The position numbers and the translations under genes are program-made. Shown piece after piece: positions 52,204 through 62,521 of a stretch of DNA of 64,000 nucleotides. The stretch comes from Haliotis rubra (taxonomy: Eukaryota). The DNA lies in assembly GCF_003918875.1 (NCBI RefSeq), contig NW_025767431.1, forward strand, positions 248,001-312,000, written 5' to 3'. How positions within the stretch are numbered: position 1 is the stretch's first letter; the number at the start of each line of letters is the position of its first letter. The notes under the pieces were generated by a model. It was not told the origin of the DNA, searched no databases, and saw only the letters and a program-made list of their open reading frames with translations.

Positions 52204-53752
52204 ATGAAAGTACTGTCTTGGTTGGCTTTTCTATGGGCTTTCAGTGTATCCGATGGAAGAAAAGCATGTTCACCTGGAAGATATTGGGACTCTGGACTGG
52301 ATAAGTGTGATCTATGTTCTTCTATATGTGACTTTATGGAACAACAAGGAACTGCCAAAGCATGTCAAGAAAGTTGTCCTGGTCAGTAACATTTAATAAC
52401 GGTAATTTTCAACGGTATTTATTTGATTCATGTTAATTACGTATATACTCCTCATTGACGGTTTCGTAGCATGGCACTTAATGATAAGAGTGGAAATGAA
52501 AACCACGTGTTTGCTGTCAAAACATGGCGGTCAATGGACGAGAGAAAAGCTGACATATTTACAGAAAGGGACATAACTCAGGAAGGACTATTGTCACTAT
52601 AACGATGCAAAATCAACCAGCTCTATTGTGTAATATATGGTTTAAGCATTTTAAAAAACGTTTTATTTATAAAATCATTTTTGTTACGTATGTTATCATA
52701 TTATATTATAAAAGATAAACCTGCGAGCGTGTTGCTGTCCTTGCACCATGACTAAGATTCAGTTTAAATATACCCTTGTAAACATGTTTCAAAGAGCAAA
52801 CATTAATCATAGCTGTATTCAGTGAGCACGCTTATGGGTTCACGTAGGATGTTTGGCCAGTAGAGAATAGGAATTATTCTCTATGGCGGAAATTTATTAT
52901 CTGTTATATATATTTCATTACAGATTACAAATCGGTGGCTGATGCAAATCAAGCGAATGAACAATCAATCGTTAACGGTACAAGCATGATTGTGCCAGTG
53001 GTTGTATGTGCCATTGTTGGTGTGATCTGTAGTATTATTGTAGCCGGGTTTCTCCTTCGTCGGCATCGTCAACGACACACTGATGCACCATCTGACGAGC
53101 CCACCCCACAACCGCCACCTCTACCTCACTCATCAGTAACATACGTGGCTTTACCTATTCATACTCAGACGGAGGACACTGCAACATCTGCCTCGTCTAT
53201 AGGTACGTCATTAACTACGACATTTGACAAGATAAGATCACAACTTTCTAAATGAAGTAAAGGAATGTTATTTTTTACAACGAATTGGTAAGATGATATA
53301 TGTTGAAATGTCGACAGAATTTGACAAATTGAATAATGATATCAACATAGAATGTCAACTTCTGTCAAGCGATATACTAGTCATGACGTCACAATGGATA
53401 ATTGCTATGACGTCATGCTCAGTAACAACAATGATTTAACAAGCATGTTCAGATATATGATGCTTAACCAAAAGATAGTTCATGATACATGCCAGGAGGG
53501 CGAAAGCTTGAGGTTAATAATTTACTAAATAAGTAAATAATTTACCGTCTTTTTAATTTTTTTACATATCTTTGTTTTTATATAGATTGTAGTGGATAAT
53601 GCCTAAACATGTTTAAATACAACATTCGGTGTGTTTTTGTCTCCATAGGAGCATCTGCAGACCGACGGGAAGGCATAGAAGCGAATTTAATGGGTTACCC
53701 AGACCTTCCAGACCGATTTGAACCAATCGGTGACGACATCTCACCACGCTGA
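52204..53752 (+). CDS. Gene D: single-CRD type I TNFR-like receptor with ITIM-like tail, 186 aa; exons 52204-52381, 52924-53202, 53649-53752
   Basis: Signal MKVLSWLAFLWAFSVSDG; CRD CSPGRYWDSGLDKCDLCSSICDFMEQQGTAKACQESC (closest to gene C); NGT sequon in stalk; TM IVPVVVCAIVGVICSIIVAGFLL followed by RRHR; tail VTYVAL and GYPDLP. Phase-1 introns, 561 nt. Confidence 0.85.
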
Positions 53753-54482
53753 TGAGGACTCTGACCAGGATGGGATACATTTTAATTGGTGACATTATTG
53801 ACTTGGTCATAACACAGGATGATGGAACAGATTCAAGATTCCGCTATTGTGCATGCTGCTATCAAGCTGATCTTCCAGTGTACAGGAAAGTTTTTAGGAT
53901 TAATTCGTTTGGTAGAAACATAAATGTATTCTCAAAAATAAATTGCAGCCACAGTCGAGATAGATTTAAAAGAACCCAATATATTACACAATGTATGGAC
54001 GTCTGTGGTAATATGTGTGAATAGAGACATTATGTTAAAGTATGTGTTTGTTGACATTTGAATGAATGTGAAGTCTTTGTAAACGTTTAAATAGTGTGTA
54101 TCATCAGGCTGAAAGGTTCGGGAGTGCATTTGATAGGCGACTTGGCGTATGATCAGAAAGAGATGTTTGCTTTTGTATTTTAATGTTTCTTTTCATGAAC
54201 AATGCCAAGTGGCATTTGATTCTCGTTCACAGGAAGTGTTTTAGAAATATTCTTAATTTTTGTGTATGTATTTATGTATTCTTTTGATTTTTAAACAAAA
54301 GCTGGTAATCATTTAAAAGGATGTTATACCTTCATTCCACAACAGTTACAGTAATGCTAGTGACCAAAACTGCATTCAAAATCTATTTTGATACCGTGTA
54401 ACTACATAGTATTTCTAACTTTTCTACAAATTGTGTAAAACAACATGTGTACTTTTGTCCTATTTACTCTTTACAGAAAAAT

Positions 54483-54610
54483 GGTTGGTTTGTTGTTTAA
54501 CGCTACTCTCAGCAGTATTCCAGCTATAAGGCGGTAAATAATCGAGTCTGGATCAGACAACCCAGTGATCTACAGCAGGAGCATCGATCCACACAATTTG
54601 GATGCGATGT
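54483..54610 (-). mobile_element. SINE family C 3' fragment
   Basis: ctcagcagtattccagctata..taatcgagtctggatcagacaacccagtgatc. Confidence 0.7.
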
Positions 54611-55184
54611 TTGCAGAAAATGATTTAATGATGTTAATTGCACAAACCGTTATGGCATGAGAAAGTGATTACAAACAAATACACTTCCCAATCAAAATAA
54701 CAGACGAAGGGCAAAAGGGGCGACGCACCTCCATTTCCATGCAATATTGATACAGCTTTAGTCAACTGCATTTGTTCAGTGCTTTTCTATTGCACGGTTA
54801 GGTATATGTTCTTATAATATATTACATGTTCAATCGTTACATTTGTCATTGTCATATATCATTATATCACTCGTTAGATATAAAAATAAAAAAATAAAAT
54901 AAACAGACTCTATTGTCTTATTTTGCAGTTGAAAAAACCCAAACAAATCGGTTACGTTTCCTTCAATCGTGTGAGTCAAATATACTATAATGTAGTGTCT
55001 GAGATATGCCATTTACAGTTGAATGTACCTAGGCCGTTACGTCACTGTAAGTAGGTAAGAGCGTATTATCAAGTACAATACCTCAGTAGCGGGTCAGCCA
55101 AGTCATTTGAGACTTCCATTCACTCTGACAAGACGACCAACCGCATTAGTGGCTTCAAACTTAATCTTGAACGACAGTATTTTA

Positions 55185-58100
55185 ATGATGGGTCTCGGAA
55201 GTAGTCTTATTGTCATAATAGTATTATTCAGTGTTAGAGGATATGAGTTTTGCGATATCGGCTCATATTTTGACCCAGTAATTCATAGGTGTGATTTGTG
55301 TAGTAATATATGTGATAACATGGATTCAACGAATACCTATGAGGACTGCCAACGTAACTGCCCAGGTAGGTAAATGCTACATTAAATAAAAGTCATAAAT
55401 ATATCAAACAAAACGAACGTCTAACGTAATGTTCTAGAACTCTGAAAACTAAAATAGATATTTCATTGTCGTCAGTTCATGCATATTCATGAACTATATA
55501 TGATCGGCCAGTTCAGACCAGATTCACTGAATCCATAACATATGGTATCCATGATATAGAAGGCAATGCAACAGCCGAAAAGAGGAGATACATTCTTGAA
55601 ACAGACATTCATTTCTATCAAATGACTAAAAAATATTATGACTTGATGATTCCTGAAAATGATTCCATTGTAACTGCAAGATATGTTGGGAGTGGGGTGG
55701 ATATAAAAGGGTGTCCGGACAATAGACTATATTTGAGAACTATATCTTAGTTGTGCTAGATCGCATACTGATATGGACATAATATTCTTTTTATCGGTCG
55801 TTTTGGTTTAGAAAAAACATACTTCCTGGTCGACATTAATGCCCCAGTCACACATAGTCCTCACCCCCATCCACGTGTGCATAGACGCAGTTTATGTACC
55901 TGTGATGCTGCAACATTTTACCTGAAAGTACATGGCGGCTGCGGTTATATTTGTACTTACTGAACATTGATCTTCAAAGTCGTAGCTGTGCAGATGGGTA
56001 TTTATCCCGCCTAACGCCATTTTGCTTTCTAAAAGTAGGCTATCCGACGCAGGTCACAGTCTGGCAGTCGTTAGATAATATGCCGGGCCTTTCAAAGCAG
56101 ACAAATGTTTCGCTACGTTAGGTTTTGAACTCATGAGATGCGGGCGTTACAGAGTTAACTATAAAGTTCTGTACATTTTGATGTTGTTCATAAGCGCATA
56201 TTATAAGTGTTACACATATTTTATTCTTTCTTTAAATTAATAATTTGTATACATATTTGCGGGACTGGGAGTGTGTGGAGAGAGGGAGGGTGGTGGACGA
56301 GGAGGAGAATACATGTATAACCTCAGTACACGGTATATTCTGTTGTCAAGATTGCTGAAGATGTGGTTGATGTGATATTTGAAGGGGTCAATAATTGTAA
56401 TTAGCGACTTTGTACGTAATATTACGTCTTCAGGTCGATACGGAATGGAGCGATAAGGAAGCATAGTGATTAAGGCCCTGTTATGATTCGCACGGGTAAA
56501 ATGTGTGAAGCCCAATCTTAATCAGCGTTCGAAAATTAGGCTCGAAGCCGAATGAAACCCACACAGGCTCACAGCTTTGGTTTTCTGCAGGTGCTTATGG
56601 CTCTGTTTGTTGTGAATTACTTATACGGTAGCTAGAATATACGCCTGCACATTCTGATCAGGACCCACAACTATTTCTGGTTCTGGGACCTTAGGGCCTG
56701 CTGCCTTTCGAGGTTAGGGGCAAACACTGATCTTGATTCCTCTTCTGTGATATCACTGTAACTTTTGGCGGCGTTAAACCATAATAACCACAATCAGTGT
56801 GTGGATGTAAACCAGCGAAATACAGGATACATGTTATTGTCTTTATTTAGATTACGGTAAAGCGAAAGGGTGTTCGGACGATCAATACTACGACCAGAAC
56901 GTCGGGAGATGTGACTCGTGTGCGGAGCTCTGTCACGGAGAAAACATTCAAGACACAACGGAAGAATGCAAAGCCAAGTGCCCCAGCTGTAAGTCATCTG
57001 CATAAATCGAACAAACCAATAAAACCACCAAAGCACCAGCTAATTACACATCAGGAAGAAATATTCCTAATATATACTTCCCATCAAAAGTTTAGACTCA
57101 CAAGTGTAAATATAGCCACTTACTTCAAGCAACAATACTAAACTAGATTTTGCAAAATATTCCATACTGTTTAAAGGTACTGTTTACACATGAACTGATG
57201 CATTGTAAAACAACTTCGTAATGTTGAAATCATTATTGTAATGAAAATAATAAAACTCTGTGAAAATTCTTAACAAAACTTTACACCAAACGCAGCTGTT
57301 CACATGCACGATATTTGCACATGTTTTTCAACAATTTGATGCATGATCCTCGTGCAATTAATCGGCATAAGGTTTGCAGTTGGTTCCCCCACGCTAGTGG
57401 AGCAATCTATCGTCGATGTAACCATATATATATATATATGTATATATGTACATTGTGACGTTATGACAAAGTGACGTCATATCATATCTATTTAACTGTA
57501 ATCACTTCTCCCTGAAGATAAAATTGAAACATGTTGGAGAAGATCCGTGTCGTGTGATTATTTCAGAAACTTCTTCTTATATATGTACTACTGTACGCTC
57601 GGTATTCTCATCACTTTCTTTCTTTATATATATACACATATAGTGAGTGTTTTAAGTGAGTCTAAACTTTTCATGGGAAGTATATATGTAGAACACTGAA
57701 TAATTTGGTTAGTTGTTTTGATTTTTAACGCCGCACTCAGCAATATTCCAGCTATATGGCGGCGGTCTGTAAATAATCGAGTCGAGTCTGGGCCAGACAA
57801 TCCAGTGATGAACAGCAAGAGCAGTTGGGATGCGATGACATGTGTCAACCACGTCACAGAGTCTGATCTACATGGGTAAGAAAAATTGAACAAAGGTATC
57901 GCTTTAGAAGGTAATACATGTAAACTGAAAGCATTATGTTTTATCTGTACTGTGTAGAAATGTATATACATGTACACAGAAACATACCTTTAATATTATT
58001 TGAAACAATGAAGAATTTCTTTTAAAATAGTACAACACCTCTCATATCTTCCGCATCATAGACCTCCAATAATTCATGTATATTTATGTGTGGGAGCCTA

Positions 58101-59573
58101 TGCCACAATTATTGCATCTGTGTATAATGATCTCACTAATACCTTTGAAACACAACATCACCGAAGCTTTAAACAAATATTACAGTTCACCGTGGTGGAC
58201 CTGGTTCTGGTTCAGGAAGGTCGACGGGGCCAATTATTGCAACAGCAGTGACATGTTCCATCACCGTTATGGCAATTGTCATAGTTCTTCTACTTTGCCG
58301 GACCCAGCGTCTCCCATCAGTCTTACAGAGGTGTCGCCTGTATCCAGGAAAAGGCTATACTCAACCACAACAGTGCAGCGATGGAAGCGATACTTCAGGA
58401 TCTAACTTTTCTTCCGTCAGTAAGTACTTTCCTCTGTTTTAACTGGCAATTACTCAAAGATATCCCTCTACTGGGGACAGGGGATGTATGATGTACAGGG
58501 AATTTACTCAACTCATTGTCTTCTTATCTCTCATACAGGTCCAAGGGTATATCAGATTAATCAAGATTAATTAAGTCTCATTCACATCATAGTCACTGCT
58601 CCAACAGCCCCATCCTCCATACTTCAGCCTTATCCCCCATACTTCAGCTTCATCCCCATACTTTAGCTTCATCCCGAAACTTCAACCTCATCCCCCATAC
58701 TTCAGCCTCATCCCCCATACTTCAGCTTCATCCCCATACTTCAGCCTCATCCCCCATACTTCAGCTTCATCCCCATACTTCAGCTTCATCCCCAAACTTC
58801 AGCCTCATCACCCATACTTCAGATTCATCCCGTACTTCAGCTTTATTCCCCAAACTTCAGCCTCACCCATCCTTCAGTCTAATCCCCATATTTTGGCTTC
58901 ATCCCCATACTTCAGCCTCGTCCTCCATACTTCAGCCTCATCCCAATATTTCAGCCTCATCCTCCATACTTCAGCTTCATCCCCCATACTTCAGCTTCAT
59001 CCACAAACTTCAGCCTCACCCATACTTCAGCTTCATTCACCATACTTCAGCCTCATCCCTATACATCAGCCTCATCCCCCATACTTCAGCTTCATCCCCA
59101 TACTCCAGCTTCATCACCCATACTTCGGCCTCATTCCCCATACTTCAGCCTCACCCATACTTCAGCTTCATTCCCCATACTTCAGCCTCACTCATACTTC
59201 AGCTTCATCCCCATACTTCAGCCTCATTCCCAATACTTCAGCTTCATTCCCTATAAGGACATCTCTTGAAAAAGAAAAAACACTCAACAATCATGTCTGT
59301 GTTAAAAGGACAACAATAAAAAGAAGACAGCTTAGCAGCTTAAATTAAGAGACTTCAGAGCTCCTTAACACTAGAGGGTCCCCACATCAACTGATTGTAT
59401 TACAGTTACCTTTTGTGTGAGACTATTTTACAGTCAAATGGTCATATGTCCTTTCAGGTGACGTTCATCCACAAGTAACTGATGCCACTGCAGTTGTCAT
59501 GACAGAACAAGAGGGGTTTCCTGATTTACATACACAAGCTCGTCATAGTATAGTGGATGTTCTTATACACTAA
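55185..59573 (+). CDS. Gene E: two-CRD type I TNFR-like receptor, 222 aa; exons 55185-55365, 56851-56988, 58186-58419, 59458-59573
   Basis: Signal MMGLGSSLIVIIVLFSVRG; CRD1 CDIGSYFDPVIHRCDLCSNICDNMDSTNTYEDCQRNC; CRD2 (absent from the ORF track) CSDDQYYDQNVGRCDSCAELCHGENIQDTTEECKAKC; TM IIATAVTCSITVMAIVIVLLLC; tail RLPSVLQRC..GY.QPQQCSD homologous to gene A. Phase-1 introns, 669 nt. Confidence 0.85.
57708..57878 (-). mobile_element. SINE family C, internally deleted, intron 2 of gene E
   Basis: gccgcactcagcaatattccagctatatggcggcggtctgtaaataatcgagtc matches family C. Confidence 0.8.
58610..59250. repeat. ~19-21-bp minisatellite (ccccatacttcagcctcat)n in intron 3 of gene E
   Basis: About 30 visible units. 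Confidence 0.95.
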
Positions 59574-62521
59574 GGCACACCAGTGAACCATGTCACGCTG
59601 ACCAGTCTCTGACAAGTTACGGTGACGGTCCGCACATCAGCCCTCTGAAACCAGTTGACCTCTAACCAGGTTGAGATTGGTCAAATGCGACATGGAAGGG
59701 CTGCACTGAGAGGCATTGTTCTGATCTCTCGTCCAGATGATCAGATTTGAAGAAAAATGCCAGTTCAGACAGCAGGGGCTGTAATAAAGGCGAACCAGAC
59801 ATACACATTAGCTTCAGAAAAGAAGTTTTTGACGTGTTATGTCCCAAATGTCCAAAATATATGATACTTTACTAATATTATAAATATTTGAACAGGACAT
59901 CACATGAGAGACAGGTGTTACCTCTCATTTGGACCACCGAGAAACCAAGTCATCTGAAAAACGTTTTGACACTTAAAAAGAGACGAATCTAAGAATCTGC
60001 TATATGCAGCATTGAAAGAACCTTATGTATCGAAAGTTTTCGCAAATTCGATTCAATTTTCAACTCTTTGTACGTCCATTGCTGATTTGTCATTTGAGCG
60101 GTGACTCCATCCGTGAGGATCTCAACACTCAATTTATAACTATACCTTAGCTTTGTTGTATTCAACATTGTTTGTGTTTGATGTTGGCTGGCTTCATATT
60201 TAATTCAAATTACTTTAGCAGCAGATGCAGCTGATATACCTGAGCTGTTCTTTCTGTACATTTGTACATATGCTCGCCCAATTGTTATATTATTATGTTT
60301 TGGAATTATGGGACTGGTGTCATTGACATTTACCCAATATACAAAATATTAAGACTGTATAAATTTGTAAATATATTTTGTGGGCAAAATAAAATATTTG
60401 TTCCTTAACAACTCTCTGTGTCTTGTGTATGTCATCCAATAGGATAATAACTGTGTTTTATTAATGCCTTGTTGACTTCATGTACTCGTACTAAAAGGAA
60501 AGAGGAGCTAATTGACTTTGCCTTTGCGTGTGTAGTGGCGGTTTTCATTGGTTGGATAAAATACGGTAACCGTCTTACGGGTACCTGATATCATCACTGG
60601 TTTATGGCGATTCAATGACACATGCTTCCTGTCGGACATTTAGACATCAAACGATGGAACTGCTGAAATAGTGCCCGAAACATCTATCTCTCTCACACGC
60701 ACATACACTGTAACAATTATTCAAGGCACATACTTCTCGTCGGAAATTTCCTGGAGCTGCCTTTGCCGTCACCATGAACAAGACTCCTTAAATACAGTTT
60801 CATATCATTACGTTATCTCGGTGTATTAATGATCCAAGCGAAATAAGAATGTTCTCAAAACTAGATAACAAAATGATGTACACATTCAATTTCCTTCATT
60901 AGAAAGATATGGAAGGACAAACAATGGCGTGAGATTTTCAAATAAACTTTGTAGGTGAATCCCCAAATAAGCATAGACATGCCTCATTGGCAAAGGAAAG
61001 AGCACTGATGTCTGACATATATTTCATGTTTTAATGACATATTACTCATTCCACATACAAATGACTACATATATGACCTTTAAAACAAATGATGCCTTTA
61101 TAAACCCAAATATATACCAAAACGTGATTACATCAGTGTGCTCAAACGTCCTTCCACAGAATGGGTGTGCACGATTCCACACTACTGAAATGAATATATA
61201 AGCAACTAGTACTGAAATACCAGTGTATTTTTTCCGCACCGATCCTCTGTTAGGAATCTGTTGAAAGTCTGAAGGTGTTAATCGCGCATGCTGCTTGTCC
61301 CAAAATGCCGATTTGTAGATTGTGTGGAGGCAAGGTTCACGAACACGTTTTATTACCATAGTTGTCTTGGTGACAGTCACGATTTCAGTCACTGGGGTAC
61401 GTAAGAGCTAAAAATAGACTAAAAGTTGAGTTGCTTGGCAGTCTTTGATAAACATAACTATAAGCGACAACCTCCACATCTCTTTCCCCATCCCCGATCT
61501 AACCCCTGACCTACGTCAAATCAGAGCAATGAACAGCAGACGTGTGTTGTCTGTGGGTATATCTCGGTCACATAATAACCAAATGACGTACACAATGAGC
61601 TGCAGTGATTTGTTATTCTATCTTACACCATAAGCCGTCGAGCTGGAAATAAATTCCCCTGCTCTTGGAAAGTGGAATTCCAGAATCAACACCAGTCCTC
61701 ACTGGCTGCAAACCAGACTCACGTCCTGAAACCTGTGCATATATAATGCCTGAGTTCTCAACACTAAACCAATGCTTACGTTCGTCACGAGTTTCTAACT
61801 AAGAGATATACATACTGTTGTCAACGTAGAACTAGATTACATGTGGATTGTTCATGCAATAGATTTGGAACAGAACCAGAATATATTTCTTTATAACCAT
61901 CCTTTATTGAGTCAAAGTCTTGATTTGAGCACATATTTGTGAATTTAATCGTAGCCTGGACCTGGAATAGAAAGTGGAGGTTACCCTGAGTTCCTCTTGT
62001 TTTGTCAAATGCTTTCAGACCAATGTACTATAAAAGTGATCTGATTCACAGAATTTCTTAAATGTATAATAACCTGGGTATAACATTGTATTCAAGAGAT
62101 CTCGCAGCTGAAATGCTAAAAGGTAGTTATCGAGTCATTCTTTATGACTGGTAGACCTGAAGTACCACGTGACCCACGTACATTCTAACTGAATGTCTTC
62201 TGAAATCTTTCTCCGCAAGTCTGCAGAGAATATCTTCATTGTACGGACAAAACGTAGCTTGCTAAACAAACACTGCATTGGATAAGCGTTGTATAGTCGC
62301 GTGAGTTGTGTGTCAAGGTCACGGCCCAGTACGGGTTATAGTGCACAATGGAGTCACGATTTGTGAGCTCATCGCACATAATTAGCATCAAGCTTACAAT
62401 AAATGTCAGGCTAAAGCGCTTTTTGTACTGCTGGTAACACGATTTCAATGAAGTAATTTTTCATAATACGTATACTGAATCTATATTGATTATATCATTC
62501 ACGCTTGGTAACACCAATGTA

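Noticed and set aside
58893-59348. 151-aa ORF rich in SPYFSL repeats
   Set aside because: Translation of an intronic minisatellite with variable unit length.
9748-59573. Assigning symbols such as TNFRSF13B, TNFRSF17 or grnd
   Set aside because: Similarity is limited to a short Cys pattern and motifs; orthology cannot be established without phylogeny.
61215-62430. Minus-strand exon-like pieces (approx. 61222-61408, 61626-61725, 61986-62029)
   Set aside because: Plausible AG/GT boundaries, but I could not assemble a convincing phase-consistent ORF or recognise a domain; would need RNA-seq.
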